64,000 nt of DNA from Planktothrix sp. GU0601_MAG3 (GCA_035193785.1 CP136572.1:4468578-4532577), one strand, 5' to 3'. Shown: positions 1-11,810, counted from the first letter of the stretch. Made by a program: numbers and translations. The notes: generated by a model not told the origin, from the letters alone.

Positions 1-1162
1 ATTCGCGTTCTGGGAAGTAAACTCGAACCCAATTTAATTGATATGGGGAAAGGTGTACAAAAATATTTGGAAAAACACAGATAATCTACAACAACGATCA
101 CGGATTAAATGGATTACGCGGATTACACGGATTGAAATCTGTGCAATTCTATTAAATCTGTGATTGGTATTGTGGTGATTTAACCCAATTGACTGTTGGG
201 AATCTTGACGGTTTCCCTTGATAAACTCGACATTCGCGTTCTGGGAAGTAAACTCGAACCCAATTTAATTGATATGGGGAAAGGTGTACAAAAATATTTG
301 GAAAAACACAGATAATCTACAACAACGATCACGGATTAAATGGATTACGCGGATTACACGGATTGAAATCTGTGCAATTCTATTAAATCTGTGATTGGTA
401 TTGTGGTGATTTAACCCAATTGACTGTTGGGAATCTTGACGGTTTCCCTTGATAAACTCGACATTCGCGTTCTGGGAAGTAAACTCGAACCCAATTTAAT
501 TGATATGGGGAAAGGTGTACAAAAATATTTGGAAAAACACAGATAATCTACAACAACGATCACGGATTAAATGGATTACGCGGATTACACGGATTGAAAT
601 CTGTGCAATTCTATTAAATCTGTGATTGGTATTGTGGTGATTTAACCCAATTGACTGCTGGGAATCTTGACGGTTTCCCTTGATAAACTCGACATTCGCG
701 TTTCTGGGAAGTAAACTCGAACCCAATTTAATTGATATGGGGAAAGGTGTACAAAAATATTTGGAAAAACACAGATAATCTACAACAACGATCACGGATT
801 AAATGGATTACGCGGATTACACGGATTGAAATCTGTGCAATTCTATTAAATCTGTGATTGGTATTGTGGGGATTTAACCCAATTGACTGTTGGGAATCTT
901 GACGGTTTCCCTTGATAAACTCGACATTCGCGTTCTGGGAAGTAAACTCGAACCCAATTTAATTGATATGGGGAAAGGTGTACAAAAATATTTGGAAAAA
1001 CACAGATAATCTACAACAACGATCACGGATTAAATGGATTACGCGGATTACACGGATTAAAATTTGTGAAATTTGCGTAATCCGTGATTGGTATTGTGGG
1101 GATTTAACCCAATTGACTGTTGGGAATCTTGACGGTTTCCCTTGATAAACTCGACATTCGCG
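1..1162. repeat. Tandem array of at least 5 near-identical ~231-bp units (runs off the window start). Unit = 3' end of an upstream + strand gene + ATCACGGATT palindrome + 3' end of bvdR
   Basis: ATTCGCG restarts at 1, 232, 463, 694, 926 and 1156 (periods 231, 231, 231, 232, 230). Each unit encodes ...RVLGSKLEPNLIDMGKGVQKYLEKHR* on + and the last ~19 codons of bvdR on -. Confidence 0.97.
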
Positions 1163-2126
1163 CCGCCTCGGCAACTTTTAGGGTATATAAACTGGCTTCT
1201 GGCTTAATATAAAGGGGCGTTCTTTCATAGAGATAGTCTAAAACTATTTGGGTATCTTTAACAAATAATCCCCGACGGGAAGCTACTTCAATATTTTGAA
1301 TAGTATCGTTTTGAATTAGTTGACCCTTTTCGGGGGTGAAAATTAGGGTTCCCTGTTCGCCATAGAGGGTAAAAGTGTTATCAGACCGCCAAAAAATTTC
1401 CCCTTTCCCATAAACGGATTCTCCCAGGATACCATTGGTAAAAGTTAACTGGGTATTACATAAACAGGCTTTGTAGATATCCGGTTCTCTGTCCCAATAT
1501 TGAGTTTGACAATTGACACTGGCCACCGTCCCAAATAAATCTGTAAATCGATGCAAACGGGATAAAGCTCCAGTTATGGGAAAACCAAATAAAGAGGGCT
1601 GATATGTCCATTTGGCCGGGGCTGGATGTTGGGGGTTAAGGGTGACATAACGAACATAGAACACTTGACCAATGGCCTCCAGGGACGCTTTGATAGCATT
1701 GTGCAGTCCCCCCAATAGTTCAATATGTTCGACGTGGAGGAGTTTATTTTTCTCTTGCGCCAGGGTAATTAAAGATTCGGCTTCCTGGGGATCTAAACTC
1801 AGGGGATATTCAACTACAACGTGCTTACCCTGTTCTAAGGCATAACGGGCAATCTTGCCATGATCTCGATTTACTGTACAAATGATCACCAGATCAATAT
1901 CCTGTCGTTCGACTAAATCAACCCAGGATGCAGATACCGTGACGTCAAATTCTTGACTAAAGGCAATGGTGGAGGCCGGGGTATTACCTGCAACGGCCAC
2001 AAGTTGCGATCGCGGATCAGCAATTAGAGCCGCCGCCCGCATTTTTGCCGCATATCCAGTACCAGCAATACCCACTTGCAGAGGATGGAAAGCCTTACTA
2101 ACAGGAGTAAATAAAGATTGAGCCAT
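1104..2126 (-). CDS. bvdR: Biliverdin reductase (Gfo/Idh/MocA family)
   Basis: GTGYAA, EYPL, HVEHIELLGG, WTY...FGFP and SRRGLF motifs as in cyanobacterial BvdR; ATG at 2126 preferred. Confidence 0.85.
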   Translation of the reverse strand: MAQSLFTPVSKAFHPLQVGIAGTGYAAKMRAAALIADPRSQLVAVAGNTPASTIAFSQEFDVTVSASWVDLVERQDIDLVIICTVNRDHGKIARYALEQGKHVVVEYPLSLDPQEAESLITLAQEKNKLLHVEHIELLGGLHNAIKASLEAIGQVFYVRYVTLNPQHPAPAKWTYQPSLFGFPITGALSRLHRFTDLFGTVASVNCQTQYWDREPDIYKACLCNTQLTFTNGILGESVYGKGEIFWRSDNTFTLYGEQGTLIFTPEKGQLIQNDTIQNIEVASRRGLFVKDTQIVLDYLYERTPLYIKPEASLYTLKVAEAARMSSLSRETVKIPNSQLG

Positions 2127-2225
2127 GATATCAGGGTCGGTGGACAAGGAGACTAGATATAAGTAATCAAGATGCAATTAGAAAAATTTATAATAAATCC
2201 CATTCTAAATCTAGGTTGACAAGGT

Positions 2226-2254
2226 TTTACAACTTCGGCTTTTTCTCTTAATAT
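2226..2254 (+). promoter_or_regulatory. Sigma70-type promoter of the first ferredoxin, TTTACA-N17-TAATAT
   Basis: 17-nt spacing; the same hexamers are conserved in the duplicated upstream region at 2907-2935. Confidence 0.6.
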
Positions 2255-2358
2255 CGAGAGGTGAAAAAAATCTGTGATGCAGGCAAAAGCCCATTAATGC
2301 TTTTGGTTTGTATAAGGGATTTTTATATTTTTATCGAAATAAACGAGAGGAACACTAC

Positions 2359-2659
<301 letters not shown>

Positions 2660-2674
2660 TCATTTGCTTGTTCC

Positions 2675-2719
2675 TTCAAAGTTCAACGCTGATGGTTATT
2701 ATCGCCGTTGAGCTTTGAA
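2675..2719 (+). terminator. Stem-loop after the first petF; a second long hairpin lies at about 2729-2803
   Basis: TTCAAAGTTCAACG...CGTTGAGCTTTGAA inverted repeat. Confidence 0.5.
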
Positions 2720-2906
2720 CTCCTCTAGGATTGACGGGCTGAAGCTTGGTTTTGGGTAATTTAAGAGTTTAGTTACTCACCGCCCTGACTTCGCCTGTTG
2801 ATCCGATTCCCAAGCCACAGGAACGTTTACCCGTCTTATATAAGCATTCAAGATGTAATTGGAAAAATTTATAATAAATCCCATTCCAAATCTGGGTTGA
2901 TCAGGT

Positions 2907-2935
2907 TTTACAACTTCGGCTTTTTCTCGTAATAT
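2907..2935 (+). promoter_or_regulatory. Sigma70-type promoter of the second ferredoxin, TTTACA-N17-TAATAT
   Basis: Duplicate of 2226-2254. Confidence 0.6.
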
Positions 2936-3027
2936 CAGAGGGGAAGAAAATTCCACGATACAAACAAAGTCTAATCAAGATTTTGCTTGCCATCAGTGGT
3001 TTTTAGAGTTTTTATTGAAATTCGTGA

Positions 3028-3360
<333 letters not shown>

Positions 3361-3448
3361 ATTGGGTTATCAAACCCTTTGCTTGTAGGCAGATATAGCC
3401 TGCTTGTGTAAGTCCTGTACTGTGAACTACCCACACTTCACAGCACGA

Positions 3449-3476
3449 GTAAAGACGCGCCATGGCGTGTCTTTAC
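3449..3476. repeat. REP-like palindrome, GTAGAGACGCGCCATGGCGCGTCTCTAC family
   Basis: GTAAAGACGCGCCATGGCGTGTCTTTAC; relatives at 27455-27557, 34031-34058 and 53688-53714. Confidence 0.8.
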
Positions 3477-3494
3477 TGCTTTTCTGGATTTTTG

Positions 3495-5107
3495 TTAATT
3501 CCCCGACAGCAGGGATGGATTTAAAGGTTGCAGTTGGGTTTCCTGGGAAGTAAAAGTTTAAAATTTGTTCACTTGGCCATCCTAATTTAGCCAGATGATA
3601 AGATCCTGTCTGACTCATTCCCACTCCATGTCCGAAACCTCCGCCCACAAAAACATAACCTTTGAGGGTTTTATTGGGATTGTAGACCGGATCAATATAA
3701 AATAAAGTGCTGATCGGGGGTAAAAAGGCACTTTGAATTTCATCTTTAGCAATTTCTAACACCCCTTGATCGGTGGTTACGGTCATTTTTAATATCCGTC
3801 CGGTGGGCGATCGCTCTACAATCTCAACCTTTTTAACTGTCTTCAAATTAGCTTGGGGCAAATTACGCCGTTTTAAGTAGGATCGCAATTGTTCTGCAAT
3901 GGATTCTAAAGTAGTTTCTTCCCGCCAACGAAAATCCAGTTCTCCCGTTTCATTAAATCCGGTTTTCTGATTCATAAACTTTCTAAAATTAGGTTCGGAA
4001 GCCAAATTTTGTTGCGATAAATCCCAAATTTTATTCGGGGAGTCAATTACTCCTTGTAAATAGGGCCGGGGTTCCCCATTCCAAATATCATTATAATTGG
4101 CCGTAACTCCCCCACTGGTGGAAAAATACACCGCATCCGTCAAGGTATTGTTATGGGTTAAAACTAAACCTTTAGTCACCTTAATCGCTTGATCCGTACT
4201 CCCATAAACTTCCGTTAGTCCTCGATAAACTTGACAGTCCGTATTTGCACAAAGATGATAATTGTCCGCTTCAAACCGTTGCAGGTTTCGCAAGGCGTAG
4301 GTTCGCGCTAGAACAGCCTGGGCTTCGATGGAGGCATCTGGAGGCCAAGCCCCAATTTCATGAGGCACAACGCCCCGCAAATAGGTCTCTAATTGCACAT
4401 TATTAACCAGGGTGTAGGTTCCGTAGGCATCGGGTTGTAGTCGCAAACTCCCCCCATAAACCAAAGGTTCGGGATCATTGGGTTTTTGACTAACTTGAAT
4501 CGCATTCTGGGGACTGGTGATCTGCAATTCATTGCGGTTATAGCGATATCCAGCCACCGTCCAATAGGGGGTAGGTTTTTGGGTGAGAACTTGGGTTTCC
4601 AGGCTGGGAATTTTATGGCCTTGGGCCTGTAAACTATCTATTAACCAGCGCCGCAATAGGGGAGTATTATAAACACTGCGTTTGGCCCAAACTTGCCAGC
4701 GATCGGGTTGGGCTAATTCTACTTCTAAGCCCAGCGATCGCCATTGTTGGGCATCTTCTTCGGCATTTTCATAGCTGCGGTGGGTACTCAAAACCACTCT
4801 TTCTTCAACTTCCGGTTGCGGGAGGGGTTTCAAATCCCATTTTCAGGATCACACTCTCGGTCTGGAGTTGTTTTTCCCCTTGGGGCGTCTGAAATTGCAG
4901 GGTTAAGTGATCTCCCGGTTGGGCTTTGAGAATCAATTGATCACTGGGTTTATCCCCAAAGTGTTGCACCACACCGATTTTTAACGTCGGGTTGAGGTCT
5001 GGAGGTTGGGGTTGTTGTTCTTGGGCACTTGTTGGAGTGGGGGAGAGGAGCAAAAAGCATAATATACTTAATAGCTTTGGAGGGAAAAATAATATCATTT
5101 TAGCCAT
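3495..5107 (-). CDS. SpoIID/LytB-domain protein (frameshifts at 4827-4831 and 3538-3542)
   Basis: YLRGVVPHEI, AQAVLARTYA, CQVYRG, GGGFGHGVGMSQ; repaired C-terminus FPGTQLQPLNPSLLSGN*. Confidence 0.85.
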
Positions 5108-5243
5108 ATTAATTACTGCTTTAGTTGTTGATTGAGTTATTATTCTTAGGGTGATTCTGGATCGGAAAAAACAGCTTCTATATGGCGATAACCACTGACC
5201 ACCCAAACAATTTCTACACCCTTTGAAATCGGGCGATAAAATA

Positions 5244-5483
5244 TTAAATAGTCTTCAATTCGGCAAAAACTTCTTCACCATCTAAACCTTCACCTCGATC
5301 TAGTTCTGCAATTCCCTCTTGAATTTTAGCTTTTAATTCGGCTAACTTAGCTTCCCGAATGCGATCGCGTTGATCTAATAACATTAACACTTCCCCAATG
5401 ACGTCACTGATAGAAGCATAGCGACCGCTATTAACTTTATCCTGAATAAACTCTGTTAAGTGCTTCGTTAATGTAATTTGCAT
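5244..5483 (-). CDS. parD: ParD-family (ribbon-helix-helix) type II antitoxin
   Basis: FIQDKVNSGRYASISDVI...LKAKIQEGIAELDRGE pattern. Confidence 0.8.
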   Translation of the reverse strand: MQITLTKHLTEFIQDKVNSGRYASISDVIGEVLMLLDQRDRIREAKLAELKAKIQEGIAELDRGEGLDGEEVFAELKTI

Positions 5484-5621
5484 GGTTTCAATATCCTGAA
5501 GTTGTCTTGACCATCAATTTATAGTTTAATCGTTTCTTAGAATAACTGCAAATAAAATCCGGCTATCCTTGAGGGAAAAAATCAAGAAAACCGGATTCAA
5601 TTAATATTAACCTATTAACGA

Positions 5622-6207
5622 TTAATTAACCGGGGTTTGTTGTCGCCATCCCATCCATCGGGGACAACCATTTTCATCGCGTAATTGTAAGGTTTGATTG
5701 CCTAATTTAATTTCTCCAACAATTAAATTAGGTTGTCCTCCCCAGTCAACTCGTGTTCCGGTAACTTCTACGGTATCATTGGGTTTAATTTGAAAGTTTT
5801 GTTGTTCTAAATACCAAACGGGGCCAACATGAAGTCCGAGGGTTTCTGTATTCGTTTTCATCAATAAATACATACCGTGAGGCATTTGATTTCCTCGATT
5901 TCCTGGTTGTATTCCTAATATGGTTCCTCGAAACTGTTTCTACACGACTCGGATCATACATCCGCCCAGAATATTGCCCTTTTCCCCCTGGAGAATTTCC
6001 CCGCCAAACTTGACCCATCATGGGACGATTTTGCCCCATCATTTGTTGACAGGGGGGAGCAAAATCATTGTCATTGGTAGGAGTAGTTTGGGGAAAATTT
6101 GAGTTAGGTTGTGCAAACAAAGACGGGGAATAATTCAGGGAAATCAGAGCAATTCCCGTGGCAATTATCACCCCTTTAACTTGAGTTTTAGATAAATTAA
6201 TTTTCAT
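5622..6207 (-). CDS. Exported hypothetical protein with a Met/Gly-rich linker and a probable OB-like beta domain (frameshift at 5930-5934)
   Basis: Signal peptide ending SLFA-Q, MMGQNRPMMGQ, YDPSRVETVRGTI, HVGPVWYL, LRDENGCPRW. Confidence 0.7.
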
Positions 6208-6338
6208 AGTTCAGTCCTCCTGGTGCATTAACCAGTTCTGCTGATATATCTATGATAATGTCTCCTGCCAGTGGAAAGTCCAGTTAAGTTGATAAAACTT
6301 TATAAAAAATAGTAAATATTCATCAGATTAAGAATAGA

Positions 6339-7766
6339 TTAGCTTGTTCCTTTTCCTTGAGAATAGGGCAGAAAAGTTGTGGTGGGTTTGAGGGGAAATC
6401 GAACTGTAAAGGTGCTACCTGTTCCGGGTTTACTTTCCACCTCAATACTACCACGATGGGCGATAACAATTGCTTTAACAATCGCTAATCCCAAACCCGA
6501 TCCTCCGGTTTTTCGAGAGCGATCGCTATGCACCCGATAAAACCGATCAAAGATTCGAGTTTGTTCGGTTAAAGGAATACCAATTCCCGTATCTTTAACT
6601 TGAATAATCGCCTGTTGATGACTGGAATCTAAACCTAAAATAATATTACCTCCGGGGGGAGTATATTGAATAGCATTAATCGCTAAATTAAAAATAACTC
6701 GATAAATTTGTTCTTCATTTCCTAGAATATAAATTGGTTCTTCCCCTCGAATATCTATGGTTAAAAATAGTTCGGCGTTTAATACCATTGCGGCGAGTTC
6801 TTCTTGAGTATCATTAATTAAATCATTTAAACAGCATAATTTTTTAGACCGGGATATAGTGTCTTGATCCATGCGAGATAATAATAATAAATCCTTGACT
6901 AATTGGGAAAGTCGCTGATTTTGTCTATCCACGGTTTTTAAGGTTTCCTTGGCTTCAGTTTCCGTTAAAGGTTCAAGTCTAATTGTGGATTCTACGGTGG
7001 CACGAATGGCGGCTAAGGGCGTTCTTAATTCATGGGCAGCATCGGCGGTAAATTGTTGCATTTGTTGATAGGAATAATAAATCGGTTGCATCGCAATTCC
7101 GGCTAATTTCCAACTAGCAAACCCCACTAAAATTAAGGATAGGGGTAAACCGATAACTAGAATTAATGTTACAATAGCCATATATTGATCAAAGTCCTGT
7201 AGCGATCGCCCTAATTGTAAAGTTCCCCAATTTTGTCGATTTTGAGTATGTAAAACCAAAGCATATTGACGGTAGCGAATGCCATTTTTATCCCGGAAGG
7301 TTTGCCAAATTTCTCCTTGATAACGGGAGAATAAATCGAAGTTATGGGTTCGGGTAAAAGCGACTAATTGCCCAGAATTGTTTAATAAACGAATTAAATA
7401 GGAGTTATGATGATAGGAGGCTAAACGATGATTTTTTTTATTTTTTTCATCGCTAGTTGATAAACAATTTAATGAGAAAGTAGGATAATTTAAAGGATTA
7501 TTTTGATCGGATTTAATCATACATAAATCGGGAATAATTCTTAAAACATCTGGTTCTAACTTTCCAGGTTGTTGTAAAACCGTTTCTAAGCTATCATGTA
7601 ATGTCTCAGCAACGGATTTTATTTCACGATCTAGGGTCATCCAATGGGCGTGGGCGATCGCTTCATAAACCCCTAAACCGCAAATGCTTAGAATCACTCC
7701 CATCACCCCGGCATAGTAACAGGTTAAGCGCAATTTTGTGTTATTAAACAGTAAATTTTGATTCAT
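6339..7766 (-). CDS. rppB: Sensor histidine kinase, RppB/NrsS type
   Basis: FTADAAHELRTPL H-box, NAIQYT, DTGIGI, FDRFYRV, GGSGLGLAI; two TM helices. Confidence 0.8.
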   Translation of the reverse strand: MNQNLLFNNTKLRLTCYYAGVMGVILSICGLGVYEAIAHAHWMTLDREIKSVAETLHDSLETVLQQPGKLEPDVLRIIPDLCMIKSDQNNPLNYPTFSLNCLSTSDEKNKKNHRLASYHHNSYLIRLLNNSGQLVAFTRTHNFDLFSRYQGEIWQTFRDKNGIRYRQYALVLHTQNRQNWGTLQLGRSLQDFDQYMAIVTLILVIGLPLSLILVGFASWKLAGIAMQPIYYSYQQMQQFTADAAHELRTPLAAIRATVESTIRLEPLTETEAKETLKTVDRQNQRLSQLVKDLLLLSRMDQDTISRSKKLCCLNDLINDTQEELAAMVLNAELFLTIDIRGEEPIYILGNEEQIYRVIFNLAINAIQYTPPGGNIILGLDSSHQQAIIQVKDTGIGIPLTEQTRIFDRFYRVHSDRSRKTGGSGLGLAIVKAIVIAHRGSIEVESKPGTGSTFTVRFPLKPTTTFLPYSQGKGTS

Positions 7767-8465
7767 TAATTATTATCTATAATCAAACGATATCCTAAAC
7801 CATAAACAGTTTCAAGAAAATGATCACAACCAATTTCAGAAAGTTTCCTTCTTAGTAAGCGAATTTGAGCCGCCACCACATTACTTTCCGGTTCCGATCC
7901 CACTTCCCAAAGTTGACCCAATAGTTGATCACGATTGATAATTTGGTTAGGATGATGTAGAAAATAATCTAATAGTTGAAATTCCTTATTTGTTAAACTA
8001 ATTATTAAGGGTTTAATCAGAGATTTTTGATGGGAAAATGTATATAATTGATAATCTAAAATAAAATTTCCAATTTGTAACTTTTGCGGTTGTAATTGAG
8101 GAGAAACGCCGTTGTAAAGCGCGTAAACGAGCTAACAATTCCCCCATCCCAAAAGGTTTAACTAAATAATCATCAGCCCCAGCATCTAACCCCATAATTT
8201 TATCCGCTTCGGTGTCTTTTGCAGTTAAAATTAGAATGGGGATCAGACTGCCTTGGTGTCGTAGCTTTTGGCAGAGTTCAATTCCCGATAAGCCTGGTAA
8301 TAACCAATCGAAAATAACCAAAGTGTATTGTGTCCATTGATTTTCCAAATAATCCCAAGCTTCCATCCCATCCTGAACCCAATCTACAATATATGCTTTT
8401 TGGGTTAATATTCGTTTAATGGCTTCCCCTAAATCGGGTTCATCTTCCACTAACAAAATTCTCAT
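7766..8465 (-). CDS. rppA: OmpR-family response regulator, RppA/NrsR type (frameshift at 8103-8107)
   Basis: MRILLVEDE, DWLLPG, GADDYLVKPF, C-terminal ETVYGLGYRL; TAATG overlap with the kinase start. Confidence 0.8.
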
Positions 8466-8525
8466 GGTTTAAAATACCTAAAAGGATATAAAATTTCTTC
8501 CAGTATAACCTACAAGAACAGTGCT

Positions 8526-9429
8526 ATGATTCGACGACGTTCAACTCCTTGGATTCATCAAAAATCGAGATTTATCATTGCCAGTGTAGCTGCTTTTGGT
8601 GCGGTGATTGCCGCCTATTTAACCTTTATCAAACTGACAGGAGGAAGTGCAGCTTGTCCAATAACAGGTTGTGATCAAGTTCTGGAAAGTCCCTATGCAG
8701 TTGTTTTTGGTTTACCCCTGCCTTTGTTTGGGTTGGTGGCTTATATTATCATGGCAGGAATGGCAGTTTCCCCTTGGTTAATTAATTCTGAAACCCAAAA
8801 AAGTTTAAGAATAAAAACGGAAGATTGGACATGGATATTGATGTTTGCCCAAGCATCTGCCATGATGGTTTTCAGTTTTTATCTGATGTATATAATGGCA
8901 TTTGTCATTAAATCTTTGTGTATTTATTGTACTGCTTCTGCAATTTGTTCTATTAGTTTATTCGTTTTAGCTTTATTAGGTAAAGATTGGGAAGATCGAG
9001 GTCAACTATTTTTTATTGCGGTAGTCGTAGCAATGATTACTTTAATTGGAACCTTGGCGGTATATGCTCCCATTAATAGCCCTCGCGCCGAAGAAAATAC
9101 GTTTAAAATTACCACAATATCCGACCCAGCGAATATTGAACTGGCTGAATATTTAACCCAGTCCGGGGCAAAAATGTATGGGGCTTTTTGGTGTGGTCAT
9201 TGCCATGATCAGAAGCAATTATTTGGTCAACAAGCGGTGGAAAAGTTAACATATATTGAATGTGACAAAGAAGGGAAAAATCCGCAGCCAGATTTCTGTA
9301 AAGCCAAGAATATTGAATCTTATCCTACTTGGGAAGTTAAGGGTCAAATGTATTTAGGAGTTTCAGAGTTTGGAAAAGTTAGCCAAGATTTCAGAATATA
9401 AGGGATCTCGGACTTTTGGCGCTCGTTAA
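8526..9429 (+). CDS. VKOR-thioredoxin fusion thiol oxidoreductase (frameshift at 9360-9364)
   Basis: C..GCDQVLESPYA, CIYC, MYGAFWCGHCHDQKQLFG, YPTW. Confidence 0.9.
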
Positions 9430-9573
9430 TATCAATCAAAACCCACAAACTGTGTTGTTGCACTTTAGCGCTCATTCCTAAAAGTAGACCCTAACTGAAA
9501 TCAGTTTTCAGTTAAACTTGTCGGGTGTGGCTGTGCTAAAGCGCAACAACGGAATATAATTAGGTTAGAATCT

Positions 9574-10969
9574 ATGCAGTTTGTACCGAATTTAAACAGA
9601 TCTCGTCGCAATTTCATACAATTGAGTGCTTTAGTTGCTGCTTCTTTTCCCCTTTGGTCAAGTTGTCAAAATAATTCTCAGGCTATTTCAGAAAATATTA
9701 TTATTATTGGTGCGGGAATTGCGGGAATTGCGGCGGCAAAAACCTTAAAATCTCAAGGATTTCAAGTTACTATTTTAGAAGCTCGCGATCGCATTGGGGG
9801 TAGAATTTATACAGATAAAACATTGGGTTTTCCCGTCGATTTAGGCGCGTCATGGATTCATGGAATTCAAAATAATCCGATTGGCAAACTAGCCCATGAC
9901 TTTAATATTGATATTAAACAAACCAATTATTATAATGTGGATTTCTACACGAATAATCAAAATAAAATTCCAGATTCTGAATTAGAAAAAGCTGAATCCC
10001 TATATGAAAAAATTATAGCCAGGGCTAAATCTTGGAGTGAAAATCAAGAGCAAGATGTCTCAGTTAATCAAGCTGTTAACCGCTTTTTTAAACCTGATAA
10101 TTTATCACCCCGTCAAGCTAAATTAGTCAATTGGTTATTAACTTCAGAAATTTTAATTGAGACAGGAGCAGACTTAGAAAAACTTTCAATTTGGGAATTG
10201 GATGAAGATGAAGCTTTTGACGGAGAGGATTATCTTTTTCCTAATGGTTATGAGCAAATTATTCAAAACTTAGCCCAAGGACTAGAGATTAAACTTCAAC
10301 ATCCCGTTACTGAAATTCAGTATAATAATCAACAAGTTACTGTAAAAACTCCTCAAGGTGATTTTTCAGGAAGTGCGGTATTAATCACCATACCATTAGG
10401 CGTATTAAAAGCCAATAAAGTTAAATTTATCCCAGAATTACCCCAGGAAAAAAAAACGGCAATTCAGAAATTAAACATGGGAGTTTTAAATAAAGTTGTA
10501 CTCAAATTCCCTCAAGTATTTTGGAAAAAAAGTTATGAATTTCTAGGATATTTGCCTAAAAGTAGCCCCAACTTTACAGTATTTCTGAATTTTGATTATT
10601 ATAACTCATCTCCGATGTTAATGGCTTTAACCGGAGGGAGTTTTGCCCGCAGTTTAGAAACCATGACTCAACAACAATTAACCGATAAAATCATGGTAGT
10701 TTTGCGAGAAATGTATGGCAATTCTATTCCTAATCCCCAAGAAATATTAGTCACTCGTTGGAGTTCTGACCCCTATACATTGGGTTCCTATTCCTATATT
10801 CCCCCCGGAACAACGGCGAAAGAACGAGATAGTTTAGCCTCTCCAGTTAATAATATGCTATTTTTCGCTGGAGAAGCCACATCTCGTCAATACCCGGCAA
10901 CCGTTTCATGGCGCCTATTTATCAGGATTAAGAGAAGCACAACGAATTCAACAAATTTTTATGAATTGA
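9574..10969 (+). CDS. FAD-dependent amine oxidase with Tat signal (frameshift at 10903-10907)
   Basis: SRRNFIQ, GAGIAG, EARDRIGGRI, DLGASWIHG, GSYS, FAGEAT, repaired TVHGAYLSG. Confidence 0.85.
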
Positions 10970-10980
10970 TTTAACTTCTC

Positions 10981-11247
10981 CTATTTAACCGGTTTAGGAT
11001 GATTTAAATAATTGCTAATATCCGTAATCCGAATTAATACGGAATTAGCTGGCTTTTGACAACCACTTAATATTAAAATCAGAAAGAACAAACCCAAAAC
11101 AAAAATCACCGCCCAAACTCCATCAAAATCCCATTCGCTTTTTTTGACAAATTTCTGTTTGCAATAATTACAAAAGGCTTCTTGTCGGTCGGGATGGTCT
11201 ATGATTTCGCAACAAAGTTTTCCGTGTTTATCTCTGGGACAAGTCAT
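10981..11247 (-). CDS. Small Cys-rich single-TM protein
   Basis: MTCP...CC...CNYC followed by a hydrophobic helix; GGAG RBS 8 nt after the ybaK stop. Confidence 0.7.
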   Translation of the reverse strand: MTCPRDKHGKLCCEIIDHPDRQEAFCNYCKQKFVKKSEWDFDGVWAVIFVLGLFFLILILSGCQKPANSVLIRITDISNYLNHPKPVK

Positions 11248-11255
11248 ATAATCTC

Positions 11256-11768
11256 CTATAATTCCTGAGAAAATGCAAACATATCTGCCGGGTTAGCGAC
11301 TCGTAAATAATCTTTGGTTTGAATAATCAAAGATTGTGTTAAACTCGCTGCATTGAACCCGATTTTGTCATGCTCTAATAAAGCAAAATCAACAAATAAA
11401 TGGGTTAATTTATCCAAAATAGGTTGAGTAAAGGGAGGAATCGAACCTGGAACTAAACCCCCTGTTAACTCTCCTAATTCCTCTGTTGTGGCAAAGCGAA
11501 AACTTTTAATATCCGCTTTGAAATAGGCTTTGATAATGGAAGAATCGAGTTTATGAGTTCCGGGTAAAACCAACAGATTAAATTCACTCCCTGATCCTTT
11601 TCGATCCATCTTGATCACAATAGCTTTAGCACCAATTACGTCCTCACCCCCGGCATTAATACGAGCTTCTCGACTTTCTTTAGATGTTTTGCATTCGGGA
11701 TGGGTTAAATGTCGATATTCAACCTGATTTTCATGCAAATAATTCAGCAATTTTGTGGTGTTATCCAT
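11256..11768 (-). CDS. YbaK/ProXp-family aminoacyl-tRNA deacylase
   Basis: AKAIVIK, FRFAT.EEL..LTG.LVPGSIPPF, IGFNAA; GGAG RBS. Confidence 0.85.
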   Translation of the reverse strand: MDNTTKLLNYLHENQVEYRHLTHPECKTSKESREARINAGGEDVIGAKAIVIKMDRKGSGSEFNLLVLPGTHKLDSSIIKAYFKADIKSFRFATTEELGELTGGLVPGSIPPFTQPILDKLTHLFVDFALLEHDKIGFNAASLTQSLIIQTKDYLRVANPADMFAFSQEL

Positions 11769-11810
11769 TGTGTTTTTTCTCCTAATTTAGAACGTAGGTT
11801 TTGTCCGGTT

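Noticed and set aside
1..1162. CRISPR array
   Set aside because: The whole 231-bp unit repeats; there are no unique spacers and no cas genes.
496..1174. ORFs 496-795, 959-1174 and 963-1145 as genes
   Set aside because: They lie inside the tandem array and are chance frames across two gene ends and a palindrome.
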